Below, piece by piece: positions 1 through 9,076 of a DNA stretch of 64,000 nt. Below the pieces are notes generated by a model that was not told the DNA's origin, did not search any database, and worked only from the letters and a program-made list of their open reading frames with translations. The stretch comes from Elusimicrobia bacterium GWB2_63_22 (GTDB lineage: Bacteria > Elusimicrobiota > Elusimicrobia > Elusimicrobiales > UBA9959): NCBI GenBank assembly GCA_001799735.1, contig MGUA01000001.1:30554-94553 (forward strand), given 5' to 3'. The translations under genes were made by a program, and so were the position numbers. Each line of letters begins with the position of its first letter. Position 1 is the first letter of the stretch.

Positions 1-48
1 GGGATCATAAGCGTCCGCTGCCCCCGGATCGTGTTATCCGCCGGCTGG

Positions 49-588
49 TCAGTTAGTACCGCTCTTGCCGGGGTTCCCGGGCCTGTCCATTTTCTCAGGC
101 TTGCCGGATTTCTCCCTCTTCATTTCTTTCATGTCTTTTTCGCCCTTGGCCTTTTTCGCTTTTTTGACCTCGGCGGACATTTTGTGGACCTTGCTCTGCA
201 CCGGCCCGAGTTTCAGGCCGAGCTCTTTGGCCATCCTGCCCCAGCCCATAACGGGCGGGCCCTGGCGCAGCGCCATTACTTTAGCCACGTTGGCGTCGGT
301 GATGCCTCCGGGCAGGCCCTGGGCCAGGCCCAGCGCTATGGAGATCTCGCCGTAGCCCATCTTCTGGTCGCGCAGGCTCTGTACCCGCGCGTTGTCCACG
401 GCAAACTCCGCCTTTATCCTGTCGTTCACGCGCTGAGCCCCCTCGGGCTTAGCCGCGTTTTTGTCCAGCTCGGCGGCCCCTGACTCCAGCTTTTTCTCTT
501 CCCTGGTCTTTTCCTGGGCGAAGGCGGGCATGGCCGCCGCGCAGAGGAAGAGCCCCGCCAGCATCAACTGCAGTTTATTGGTTTTCAT
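49..588 (-). CDS. secreted Lys/Glu-rich hypothetical protein
   Basis: 179-aa ORF with an N-terminal Sec-type signal peptide (MKTNKLQLMLAGLFLCAAAMPAFA/QEK). AAGGA-like SD upstream of the ATG at 588. No family recognised. Confidence 0.55.
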   Translation of the reverse strand: MKTNKLQLMLAGLFLCAAAMPAFAQEKTREEKKLESGAAELDKNAAKPEGAQRVNDRIKAEFAVDNARVQSLRDQKMGYGEISIALGLAQGLPGGITDANVAKVMALRQGPPVMGWGRMAKELGLKLGPVQSKVHKMSAEVKKAKKAKGEKDMKEMKREKSGKPEKMDRPGNPGKSGTN

Positions 589-620
589 TTTTTCCTTATC
601 TTTCCGTCCTGAATCTTTCG

Positions 621-1415
621 CTAAAACTTCAGGCTGAAGCCCGCGCTCAGCCCGGCATCGGGGCTGCCGTCGGACAGGCCGACCGTAAGCCCTCCTGTGA
701 ACTGCAGCCCGTCCGACGCGCCGTAAGAAAGCGTGCCGCTCAGGCTGCGCGGGTCCGCACCCCCGTCGCTTATGGCGCTCTGGGCCTCATAAAGGACGGT
801 AAGCCCCAGATCTTCGCGCAGAGGCCTGTAAAAGCCGATGTCCATGGCCGTCTGGTTGTTGAACTCCACGCCTTCGGGCTCGCCTATAATGGTGTAGTAG
901 GCGTCGGCGAGCAGGGTCCAGCCGGCGGTTATTTCCTTGGCGAACTCAAGCCCCGCGCCCCCGTCCATTTCACCGGTGCCCAGCCCCTTGTCCTCGTCGG
1001 CGGTAGGCAGTTTTATCCTGCCGGCCAGGCCCAGGTCGAAGGCCCCCGGGCCTTCACGGCTGAGCGCGTAGGTGCCGCGCAGCATTATATCCCCCAGGCC
1101 GGCCTCGGAAGAGGCCTCCGCCGCGGGCGGCGCTTTGTCCACCCGCACGGGCTTGCCGCCTACCCAGGTCACCTGCCCCGCGGAGCTCTGGCGCAGGTAC
1201 GGCACCGTCACGGACAGATCCCCGTCGGGGAAGTAGCGCTTGAGCGTGAAGGGGATATAGACGGAATTGGTGCGGTCCGGAGTGCCGTATTTGCCGGTGT
1301 CATAGTTGAACGAAGAACTGAATTTCCATTCCGCGGGGTCGGCCGCTTCCTGCGGCGGCTCGGCGCGGACGCTTGCCGCCGTAAAGATGCAAAGCAGTGC
1401 CAGAATTAATTTCAT
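621..1415 (-). CDS. outer-membrane beta-barrel protein (MetA-pathway/transporter-like OMP)
   Basis: 264 aa with a signal peptide (..FTAASVRA/EPP). Alternating beta-strand pattern and a C-terminal ..GFSLKF aromatic terminus typical of OM barrels. The family guess is from overall resemblance only. Confidence 0.65.
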   Translation of the reverse strand: MKLILALLCIFTAASVRAEPPQEAADPAEWKFSSSFNYDTGKYGTPDRTNSVYIPFTLKRYFPDGDLSVTVPYLRQSSAGQVTWVGGKPVRVDKAPPAAEASSEAGLGDIMLRGTYALSREGPGAFDLGLAGRIKLPTADEDKGLGTGEMDGGAGLEFAKEITAGWTLLADAYYTIIGEPEGVEFNNQTAMDIGFYRPLREDLGLTVLYEAQSAISDGGADPRSLSGTLSYGASDGLQFTGGLTVGLSDGSPDAGLSAGFSLKF

Positions 1416-1612
1416 TGATTTATCTCCCGGCGGACTTTCCGCCCCGTACCTGTTGCCTATAGCGTACCCTTAACGGCCCCGCGGCCGATATGCGTAGTAA
1501 CACCTCCGTCTATCGGTAAAAACCGCAGGGGCTTGCCTGAGCATTATTTGAGGCCCGCACGAGGTTTCCCCAAGGTCCGTGCCTTATACTATTAACATAG
1601 GCGGCAGACATT

Positions 1613-1963
1613 ATGAAAACCATGAAATTTAACACCTTACTGAAACTCGCGGCGGCGATCGGTTTCCTTGGGCTCCCGGCCGTGGCCTTGGCGACCCCCC
1701 CGGCGGCGCCCGGCAGCTCCCTGGCGGCGGGCCTTGCGGACACATACGAAGAAGCAGCCGCCTCACCGGAAAAAGCCCCGCGGTTGCCCCGCCTTGCTTT
1801 GGACAGCGGCGGCTATTCAGAAGATAAACTGGTTAAGAACGAGGAGGGAGCGACGCGCGTAAAGCGGACCTCCAGGCTTCAGGAGCCTGGCGAAGCGATG
1901 GGCGGAGGAGAGGAGAGAAGAGCGGCGGCCGCTAAAAAGGCGGCCGGCGAAGACAAGGAATAA
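1613..1963 (+). CDS. small secreted Ala/Pro/Glu-rich hypothetical protein
   Basis: 116-aa ORF with a signal peptide (MKTMKFNTLLKLAAAIGFLGLPAVALA/TPP) and a low-complexity remainder. TTATACT -10-like box about 20 nt upstream. Confidence 0.4.
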   Translation: MKTMKFNTLLKLAAAIGFLGLPAVALATPPAAPGSSLAAGLADTYEEAAASPEKAPRLPRLALDSGGYSEDKLVKNEEGATRVKRTSRLQEPGEAMGGGEERRAAAAKKAAGEDKE

Positions 1964-1982
1964 AGGCTGGCCCGCGGTCCGG

Positions 1983-2849
1983 CTAACGCTTTGAAGCGTT
2001 TGCCAGGCCGCGGGCCTTGGCGTGCGCGTGGGTAAACTCGGCGCCAAGGTACAGCAGCTGCGCTCCGTAGAAGATCCAGACCGCGACCAGGAGCAGCGAA
2101 CCCGCCGCGCCGAAAGCGGAAGTCGGGTCGCTTTTAGAGAGCCAGATGCCGATGACCAGGTTGCCCAGGGTAAGCAGGACGGAAGTTACGCCCGCGCCTG
2201 TCCACACGTCCCGCCAGGCGATGCGGGTATCGGGCAGGTACTTGTAGACCAGCGCCAGCAGCAGTGTGACGACCCCGAAAGACACTGTAAAGTCCGCGGC
2301 CCGGAGGGCGGCATCCGGCACCGGGAGCCGGGAGTTCATGTAGCTGCCCAGCGCCGAGACCACCGTGCTGGAGACTAGCGCCAGCAGCAGCAGCAAGCCG
2401 GAACCGAGCACGAAGCCGAACGCCATGGCCTGCCGGCGCAGCCAGGCCAGCCAGGGCCTGGGGGCAGGCTCCGCCTTCCATATTTCATTTAGAGCGGATT
2501 GAAGTTCGCTCACCAGGACCGAGGATGTGAGCAGCAGCAGGCCCACGCTGAGCATGGCCGCCCCCAAGCCGCCTTTAGCGGCCGCCACCGGCCCCATAAG
2601 GCTCCTGACCGCCTGCGCGCCCTGGGCCCCGACATAGTAGCGGACCTGCTTTACCACCTCGTCCTGGGCCGACATATCGCCAAAAACTGACCCCGCGATG
2701 GTAACGGCGATAAGCAGTATCGGCGCCAGCGAAAACAGCGCGTAATAGGCCAGCGCGGCTCCCAGGCGGGGCCCATTGTCGGAGAGCCAGGCCTTAAAGG
2801 TCTGCGCAAGCAAGCCCCGGTAACCCGAAAGCAGTGTTTTATAGTCCAT
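1983..2849 (-). CDS. YihY/BrkB (virulence factor BrkB) family membrane protein
   Basis: 288 aa. N-terminus ..FKAWLSDNGPRLGAALAYYALFSLAPILLIAVTIAGSVFG.. and a multi-TM body are characteristic of the YihY/BrkB family. Confidence 0.85.
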   Translation of the reverse strand: MDYKTLLSGYRGLLAQTFKAWLSDNGPRLGAALAYYALFSLAPILLIAVTIAGSVFGDMSAQDEVVKQVRYYVGAQGAQAVRSLMGPVAAAKGGLGAAMLSVGLLLLTSSVLVSELQSALNEIWKAEPAPRPWLAWLRRQAMAFGFVLGSGLLLLLALVSSTVVSALGSYMNSRLPVPDAALRAADFTVSFGVVTLLLALVYKYLPDTRIAWRDVWTGAGVTSVLLTLGNLVIGIWLSKSDPTSAFGAAGSLLLVAVWIFYGAQLLYLGAEFTHAHAKARGLANASKR

Positions 2850-2875
2850 ACAGTACTCCCGCAGCGGGCTTACGC

Positions 2876-3904
2876 TCAGCGCGCCTGGGAAAAAACCCGC
2901 AGCGCGGCTTCCTTCATTCCCCTCAGCGTGAACCCGGCCAGCGTCTCCCCCGGCTTTCGCTCCAATTCCGCCGTGCCCACGCGGTCATAATGGCCCCCGT
3001 CAGCGTTCTGCTTCCCCACCGTAAGCGGGGCCAGGGAAGTCTGCAGGAAAGCCGAGAAGGCGCTCCGCTCCTCGTTCTTTTTGATCCTGATCTTAAGTCC
3101 GCGGTAGCGGGCATAAACCGAGGCTTTAAGACCAGCGCCGCGGATCGCCGCCGAGCCGCGGGCCTCGATGAGCTGCCCGCTCAATTTGATGCCGTCATTC
3201 GGCCCCAGGAACGGGTTAAAAGCGGAGAGGTCCTGCTCCGCAAGGCTTAGCTCCACATCCGCGTCCGGGGACTCCGCGAAGAGCCTGGCCCTGACCTTCA
3301 GGCGGAATTTTCCGGACTCCGCCAGCAGGCCGTCCGCACTGACTTGCGCCTCTTTGCCGCGAAGCCGCGCCGAACTGCCCGCGGGCCCCGCGGCCGCGCT
3401 GATCCCGGATACCTTCAGGCTGCCCGTCCGCCCCGAATGTTCCCGGAGATAAATAAAGGAACCCTGTTTTACGTCTATGCCCTCGATTTCAAGATCGGTC
3501 TGGCGCGCCGCGCCGGCTGCGCCGGCGGGAGGGATGCCAAGCTCTCCCTGTGTTACCGTGACCACGGGCCGGGTTATCTCTATCCGGCCGGCGCGGAGGC
3601 GGCTTTTGAAAAGCGGGAGAAGGGAGAATGGGACGTAGACGCGTTCCGCATCGAAACTGATCACGGTAGCGCCCGGCTCGCCCCGGCTGAAGCTGACGCC
3701 GCGGCTGCTCAGGGCAAGCGGCAGCAGCGAGATCTGGACGCGGTCGAGAGAAAGCACGCAGGTCTTACAGCCGTCCTGCGCGGCCGAAATAAGCCGGCTC
3801 CGGACCAGCGCGGGAACGGCGATCTCCTTAAGGATCATGCCGGCCGCCAGAACAGCCAGCAAAACGAGGTAAAATCGTGCCCCCCGCAGTCTTCTGATTT
3901 TCAT
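2876..3904 (-). CDS. membrane-anchored periplasmic protein (AsmA/DUF748-like architecture)
   Basis: 342 aa with an N-terminal signal anchor (RFYLVLLAVLAAGMIL) and a beta-rich remainder. No diagnostic motif, so the family is uncertain. Confidence 0.5.
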   Translation of the reverse strand: MKIRRLRGARFYLVLLAVLAAGMILKEIAVPALVRSRLISAAQDGCKTCVLSLDRVQISLLPLALSSRGVSFSRGEPGATVISFDAERVYVPFSLLPLFKSRLRAGRIEITRPVVTVTQGELGIPPAGAAGAARQTDLEIEGIDVKQGSFIYLREHSGRTGSLKVSGISAAAGPAGSSARLRGKEAQVSADGLLAESGKFRLKVRARLFAESPDADVELSLAEQDLSAFNPFLGPNDGIKLSGQLIEARGSAAIRGAGLKASVYARYRGLKIRIKKNEERSAFSAFLQTSLAPLTVGKQNADGGHYDRVGTAELERKPGETLAGFTLRGMKEAALRVFSQAR

Positions 3905-3989
3905 AGGTATATGCCCGGAAAAATTAAAAGGGAGACAGCCGTCTCCTGACGCGCCTCTCCCTGTCTCAGACCGTTCTGCGGGAGCCGGC

Positions 3990-4307
3990 CTACCGCATCA
4001 GTTCTCTGCCCAGGTGCGCCCAGGCTCCCTTGAGGTCCATGGTCAACCGGTTCAGCTCTTCCACGCCGACCTTCTGCAGCATGGCGTAGCGCCCGGCGAC
4101 CTCGTCGACGATGCTGTAATACTCCCGCTCGTTAAGCGCCTTAACCTCTTCCACCTTCTCAAGAACTTCGCCTTTGAGCTTAAGCATCCAGCCGGAGACC
4201 TTTTCGCGGTTCGGCTCGTTCTTTTTGCCGTACAGGAAATAGGTTCCCAGCGCGGCCAGGGCGGCGAGCCCGAGGCCGGTTTGTATTGCGGTTTCCGTCT
4301 TAGTCAT
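3990..4307 (-). CDS. YtxH-like small membrane-anchored stress protein (paralog of 38448..38762)
   Basis: Start moved to the ATG at 4307 (MTKTETAIQTGLGLAALAALGTYFLYGKK..), which has an AAGGA SD. One TM followed by a helical tail. High identity to 38448..38762 (GWMLKLKGEVLEKVEEVKALNEREYYSIVDEVAGRYA vs GWMLKLKGEVLEKAEEIKDLNEAEYYKIVDEISGRYA). Confidence 0.65.
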   Translation of the reverse strand: MTKTETAIQTGLGLAALAALGTYFLYGKKNEPNREKVSGWMLKLKGEVLEKVEEVKALNEREYYSIVDEVAGRYAMLQKVGVEELNRLTMDLKGAWAHLGRELMR

Positions 4308-4340
4308 ATTGTGTCCTTGCCGCACTAGCGTCTAAATAAG

Positions 4341-4370
4341 CCGCGCTCCCGCCGCTAAGCAGGAGCGCGG
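4341..4370 (-). terminator. stem-loop after the PorV-OmpA gene
   Basis: CCGCGCTCC (4341-4349) pairs with GGAGCGCGG (4362-4370). On the minus strand it is followed by CTTATTTAGAC. Confidence 0.45.
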
Positions 4371-4390
4371 CCCCCCAAATCTGCTTCGAA

Positions 4391-5842
4391 CTACCTTGCC
4401 ACGGGAGGCGCCGTTAATTCTACGCGCCTGTTGGCCTTGGCGGCGTCGGTGTGCACCAGGTCGGGGAACTCTTCGTACTCGACCGGGCGCATCTCGCCGT
4501 AGCCTACCGTGGTGATCCGCTCAGGCGCGACGCCTTCGCTGATCAGGAATTCCGCTACCGCGGCCGCCCGCTTCTCGCTTAAGGTCTGGTTATACTTTTC
4601 GGTGCCGCTCGCGGAGGCGTAGCCCGCCACGCGGACGTCGCGCTTCGGGTTCTCCTTGATAAGCCGCGCGTTTTCGCGCAGCGCCTCCATGCCCTGGGGC
4701 CTGAGCTCCGCCGAGTCGAACGAGAAGTGCGAATCGTCAAGAACGACCAGCTTTACAACGATGGGCGCGGGGGCGGGCTTAGGGGCCGCTCCGACGAGCG
4801 CGACAGGCGCCGGCGGAGCCTCCACTATGGCCACCGCCACGATGGGCTGCCTTTTTTTGGGGCAGTTGAACTTGAAGGTGAAGCTCACCTTATGAGAGGC
4901 CCCCAGGTCGCCCGAAGGCACCATGGCGTAGTCCAGGGCCACGGTGCGGGTCAGGGTATACCCCAGGCCCAGCGTCAGGCCGGTCAGGCCGCTCAGCTGG
5001 GGGTTGGGATAGTTGACCTGGTAACCGGCGCGGAGGGCAAGAACGTTCTTCTTGTTCTCCGTATTGCCGACCAGGTATTCCGCTCCCACCTGCAGCCGGT
5101 CCATAGCGTCGTTCTGGAGCTCTCCGGAAGCCGCCAGGATGAGGTGCCTGTCCACGGTCCAGGCCGCGCCCAGGCGCAGGCCCGAGACCAGCGAACTGCC
5201 GCCTACCTTGCTGCCAAGGTTGATATTGGAGTAGGTCAGGCCCAGGTCCAGGGCCCTGAACACGTTCCACAGGACGCCCAGGTCGGCGGCATAGCTGTAG
5301 TAGTTCTTTCCCGGGAACTGCGCCTGGTTCACCTTCAGGGCGACGCCGCCGGCGAAGAAGGGCAGTAATTTCTTACCCCAGCCTACGCTGCCGGAAAAGT
5401 TCCTCGGATTGTAATCAGAGGTCTCCAGCCCGGCGTTATCCCTGCCGTCGAAAGTGCCGTAGTCGACGTAGCCGAAGGAGGCGGCGACACCGCCCAGGCT
5501 GCCCCCGTTGCACTCCTTGCCGTTGCACTCTTTCTTGGTCTTTCCCAGGGGCATGCCGAAGACGGCTATCTCCTGGTTGAAGCTGCCGAGGCCGCTATTG
5601 TGGTGCAGCCCGAGCTCCGTGCATCTGATCCGGCTCAGCGCGGCCGGATTCCACAGCAGGGAAGCGGACCCCTGGTCGAGCGCCACTACCGCCGACCCCA
5701 TGGCCGTGGCCCTGGCCGTGCCGCCCGCCTGCTGCAGGGGCAGGGCCTGGGTGCCGGCGGAGTAATCGGTCTCGCCGGCCGAGGCTTGGCCGCAGAGAAG
5801 CGCGGCGCAGATAAACCCGGTTCCTATAGATAATATTTTCAT
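4391..5842 (-). CDS. PorV/PorQ-like beta-barrel fused to a C-terminal OmpA peptidoglycan-binding domain
   Basis: 483 aa with a signal peptide (..LLCGQASA/GETDY). The N-terminal part carries a PorV/PorQ-type signature (GGTARATAMGSAVVALDQGSASLLWNPAALSR), followed by a Pro/Ala linker (APPAPVALVGAAPKPAPAP). The C-terminal OmpA domain reads ..VRVAGYASASGTEKYNQTLSEKRAAAVAEFL..NRRVEL. It lies 28 nt downstream of the cargo gene and has a GGAGAA SD. Confidence 0.8.
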   Translation of the reverse strand: MKILSIGTGFICAALLCGQASAGETDYSAGTQALPLQQAGGTARATAMGSAVVALDQGSASLLWNPAALSRIRCTELGLHHNSGLGSFNQEIAVFGMPLGKTKKECNGKECNGGSLGGVAASFGYVDYGTFDGRDNAGLETSDYNPRNFSGSVGWGKKLLPFFAGGVALKVNQAQFPGKNYYSYAADLGVLWNVFRALDLGLTYSNINLGSKVGGSSLVSGLRLGAAWTVDRHLILAASGELQNDAMDRLQVGAEYLVGNTENKKNVLALRAGYQVNYPNPQLSGLTGLTLGLGYTLTRTVALDYAMVPSGDLGASHKVSFTFKFNCPKKRQPIVAVAIVEAPPAPVALVGAAPKPAPAPIVVKLVVLDDSHFSFDSAELRPQGMEALRENARLIKENPKRDVRVAGYASASGTEKYNQTLSEKRAAAVAEFLISEGVAPERITTVGYGEMRPVEYEEFPDLVHTDAAKANRRVELTAPPVAR

Positions 5843-5870
5843 AGAAGTTCTCCTAAATATGCCGCGCCGC

Positions 5871-8800
5871 TTAATGTCTTACCGCGAACTTCTTCACTTT
5901 TGAGGTGGTAGAATTCGAGCCGCCGTAGTCTTTCTCAAGACGGTAGAGGTAGACGCCCGGGGCCAGCCTGGCCGTATTCAGTACCGAGGTCTGGGCGCCA
6001 GCCGCCTTGGAGTCCTCCAGCTTGGCCACCAGGTCCCCCATCACGTTGTAGATCTTGATGGTGGCGATACCCGGCAGGGCCATGCAGTAGGCGAAAGTCC
6101 CCGTTGCCCCCTTAGCCGGCGACGGATAGAAGAAGTCTTCTCCGCAGGCGGGCACGGCCAGCACGTAGGAATAGGGCACCGTGCAGGTGCCGCTGCTGGT
6201 CACCAGGCTTATGAACACCGAGCCCGCCGTAAGAGACCCGACGAGGGGGTGCCTGGGCGAGACGGCCGTGACCACGGTGGACGCGAGGTTCACCGAATAA
6301 CTGGCCGCGTTGTCGACGCCGAAGACGACGTTGCTGGACATGACCACGCCGAAGAAGCCGGTACCGGTAATGGTAACCGAGGTGCCGCCGGCCGAGTCGC
6401 CGGAGGCGGGGCTGATGCCGGAAATGGTGCAGGAAGCCACCACTACGGGCGCCACCGGGGCGCCGAACACCAGTACCGGGGCGATCTTCGTAACGAAGCC
6501 GTCGGTAGCGTTCTCGGTCCCGGTGCCGTTGAGCAGTTCGGTCCCGGCGGAACCGTCCATTACCGAGCCGTCGGTAGCGGGGAAGAGGTTGGAGGGCGTG
6601 ATGCCCGCCACATAGATGTTATGGAGCGAGTCTATAATGATGCCGTTAGCGCTCTGCTTGCCTGCCGTACCGGGAGAACCTCCCAGGTAGGAGAAGAACG
6701 GCCGGGTCAGCCCGTCGGAATCTATAGCCGCCACGAAGGCAGCCTGGTCCGAAGAGGTGTTGGTCTGTACGGCGCCCGTAATGTTCCTGCTTACGCAGGG
6801 CAGCGAGCAGTCCACCAGGGTATCGTTCCCGGCGACCTCCCAGTTGGCCGACCGGGTCCAACCGGCGATGTAAGCGTCGTCGAGCGAGTCCAGCGCCATG
6901 GAGCGGGCGCGTTCCGCGCCGCCGGCGGCACCCACGTGCGTCGCGTACACCATCTCCAGCGAGCGGTTAATATCGGCTTCCGCGGGATTGAGCCTGAGCA
7001 CGAACGCGTCGTCCGCGCCCTGCAGGGCCTGCTGGTAGGGGACGGCCCTGGAGCCGGGCCCGACTGTCGGCAGGAGCAAATAGGCGGTAGAGGGGAAGTC
7101 CGTAGGGGACACCGTCCAGCCCGCCACAAAGACGTTATAAGGCACCGCGCCGGCATTATTGAGGATAACGGCCGTCGCTTCGTCCTCGGTAGCGCCGTTA
7201 ATATAGGTAGCGTAGAGCAGGGAGGTGCCGTCCGCGGCGACCTGGGCTACGAAACCGTCGGCCCAGACCCCGGCCGTTCTCAGTTCGGAGAAATGCCCGA
7301 GGAAAGCGCCGGTATTGGCCGGCCAGGTGTCCGAGGTGGTTTTACCCACGACCCAGGCCTGGCCCGCGGCGTCAACCGTAATGGCGTTGGCGTTGGTGAC
7401 CGTGTCCGAGGTGCCCATGAGCATGGAATAGACCACGGACGCGCCCGCGGGAGCGATCTTTACCACGAAGGCGGCCTCGGAGGCGGCGCCCATTGTATTA
7501 TAAGGAGCGGCGATCCCGGCGCTGATGGGGAAGTTGGTCGCGAACGTCGTTCCGGTTATATAAGCCGCGCCCAGCGAATCGACCGCGATACCGTTGGCGG
7601 TGTTGGTAAGGATGCCGCTGATGCCGCCCCAACAGGTAGAGTAGACCAGGGCGGGAATATCCGACGGCTGCTCCAGCTGCGCCACAAAGGCCAGCGAGCC
7701 GGTGTTGACGTCGCAGGCCTGCAGCGCGGGCCCGGCTACCGGGAAAGCGGTGCCAAGGCCGGCCGACTGGGTCACGCCGGTGATAAAGACATTGGGCGTG
7801 CTCGCGCTGGAGTTGTCCAGCGCTATGCCATTGGCCTGTTCGGCAAGCGCGCCGCCCAGCCAGGCCAGCCACATGATGCTGGCCCCGTCCGCACTGAGCT
7901 TGGCTACGAAAACGTCCCTGGCGCCGTTATCGGGGCCGGGGGCTGAGACCGCGTTGGTGGAGGCGGGAAAGCCGCCGGCGCCGGTCATGGCCGAGTTAGC
8001 CCAGCCGGTCACATAAGCCTGCTGCGTCGCGTCCACCGCCACGCTCATGATCTCGTCGTCGACGCTGCCGCCGAGGTACGTGCCGTACACGATAGCGGGG
8101 TCGATCACCAGCTGTTTGCTCTTTATATAATTGCCTACTTCGAAGCGGACGTTGTTATTAGACGCCAGCACGAAGTGACCTTTCACAGAAACCCGCTTGC
8201 TGCCCAGGGTCTGGTACAGCTTGGGGGCCTGGTAGGTCAGCTCCCCGCCCTCTACATTGAGGACCAGGTTGCCTTTGGGGTCAAGCCGCATGCCTTTAGC
8301 GCCTTTGAAACCCATGAGGATGCGCCCGGGGTTAGCTCCCGGCGCCACGATAAAGTCATATTCCACGTTCCCCTTGTCGAAACGGTAGACCATGTCGATG
8401 CCGGGGTAGACCTGGGAGAAATTCACCCGGGAATACTGCCGCACGCCGACCTGCCATTTCGCCTTGTCGCTGCCAAGGAAATAGCTGGTGCGGCCGGGCA
8501 GGATGCCCTGGCCCTCGACCGAGGGGCTGGGATTGGCGCCCTTCAGTTTCATGCGCAGCACAAGGGGCGCTTTGGTCTTATCGGCCTTGGCCCTGCGCAG
8601 CACGGTGACGGCTTCCGAAGCGGTCAGGTAGAGGTTGTAGCCGGCGGCGCGGGTAAAGAACTTCACCGAAGCGTCGGTCTGGCCCTTGTTGGCCTCGAAG
8701 TACATGGGGACCTTCAGGGAACCGGGGGCGACCCGGGCCTGGGCGCCTTGCACAGCTTTAGCACCGGTCGGTTGTACCGCGGCCGCATCCTTATTAGAGG

Positions 8801-8909
8801 ACGCAGGTGTCATATTGAACCCGGAGAAGGCGGGGCTTGAAGGCCCGACAACCAGGGTCACTGCTACGAGCAGCCTGCTCATTTGAAGGAACCAATTTAT
8901 CAATCTCAT
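5871..8909 (-). CDS. secreted SBBP beta-propeller-repeat / IPT-TIG protein with T9SS-type C-terminal sorting domain
   Basis: 1012 aa with a signal peptide. Repeated SBBP-like motifs (..AYVTGWANS.., ..AYITGTTFATNFP.., ..NIYVAGITPSNLFP..). IPT/TIG-like segment (CTISGISPASGDSAGGTSVTITGTGF). C-terminal domain FFYPSPAKG..IKIYNVMGDLVAKL..LAPGVYLYRLE..KKFAVRH. Confidence 0.85.
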   Translation of the reverse strand: MRLINWFLQMSRLLVAVTLVVGPSSPAFSGFNMTPASSNKDAAAVQPTGAKAVQGAQARVAPGSLKVPMYFEANKGQTDASVKFFTRAAGYNLYLTASEAVTVLRRAKADKTKAPLVLRMKLKGANPSPSVEGQGILPGRTSYFLGSDKAKWQVGVRQYSRVNFSQVYPGIDMVYRFDKGNVEYDFIVAPGANPGRILMGFKGAKGMRLDPKGNLVLNVEGGELTYQAPKLYQTLGSKRVSVKGHFVLASNNNVRFEVGNYIKSKQLVIDPAIVYGTYLGGSVDDEIMSVAVDATQQAYVTGWANSAMTGAGGFPASTNAVSAPGPDNGARDVFVAKLSADGASIMWLAWLGGALAEQANGIALDNSSASTPNVFITGVTQSAGLGTAFPVAGPALQACDVNTGSLAFVAQLEQPSDIPALVYSTCWGGISGILTNTANGIAVDSLGAAYITGTTFATNFPISAGIAAPYNTMGAASEAAFVVKIAPAGASVVYSMLMGTSDTVTNANAITVDAAGQAWVVGKTTSDTWPANTGAFLGHFSELRTAGVWADGFVAQVAADGTSLLYATYINGATEDEATAVILNNAGAVPYNVFVAGWTVSPTDFPSTAYLLLPTVGPGSRAVPYQQALQGADDAFVLRLNPAEADINRSLEMVYATHVGAAGGAERARSMALDSLDDAYIAGWTRSANWEVAGNDTLVDCSLPCVSRNITGAVQTNTSSDQAAFVAAIDSDGLTRPFFSYLGGSPGTAGKQSANGIIIDSLHNIYVAGITPSNLFPATDGSVMDGSAGTELLNGTGTENATDGFVTKIAPVLVFGAPVAPVVVASCTISGISPASGDSAGGTSVTITGTGFFGVVMSSNVVFGVDNAASYSVNLASTVVTAVSPRHPLVGSLTAGSVFISLVTSSGTCTVPYSYVLAVPACGEDFFYPSPAKGATGTFAYCMALPGIATIKIYNVMGDLVAKLEDSKAAGAQTSVLNTARLAPGVYLYRLEKDYGGSNSTTSKVKKFAVRH

Positions 8910-8953
8910 TTTATTGTCCTCTTTTACCGGTCCGCCACTATTGGCTTGTTTTA

Positions 8954-9019
8954 AGTATAGCCCTTCGCTTGTTCGCTATCTATTCGGAGTTCTGCCCGAA
9001 GCTCTCAGTAGTAATACGG
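8954..9019 (-). promoter_or_regulatory. conserved 66-nt promoter/operator cassette, copy a
   Basis: Gene-strand sequence: CCGTATTACTACTGAGAGCTTCGGGCAGAACTCCGAATAGATAGCGAACAAGCGAAGGGCTATACT. TAGATA, 17 nt, then TATACT. The -10 lies 45 nt upstream of the ATG at 8909. Confidence 0.7.
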
Positions 9020-9076
9020 TGGCAGCGGGGCGGGGCGAACTACGTACTGCCGTTTTTCACGACGGGGAAACGTCCG

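Noticed and set aside
6249-7946. 565-aa ORF on the plus strand, plus many other long antisense or alternative-frame ORFs in the track (e.g. 12738..14324, 21912..23516, 52021..53274, 57481..59247)
   Set aside because: They lie antisense to, or out of frame with, genes that have clear family signatures. Their translations are Arg/Gly/Pro/Ala-rich low-complexity strings. Long stop-free alternative frames are expected at about 65-70% G+C.
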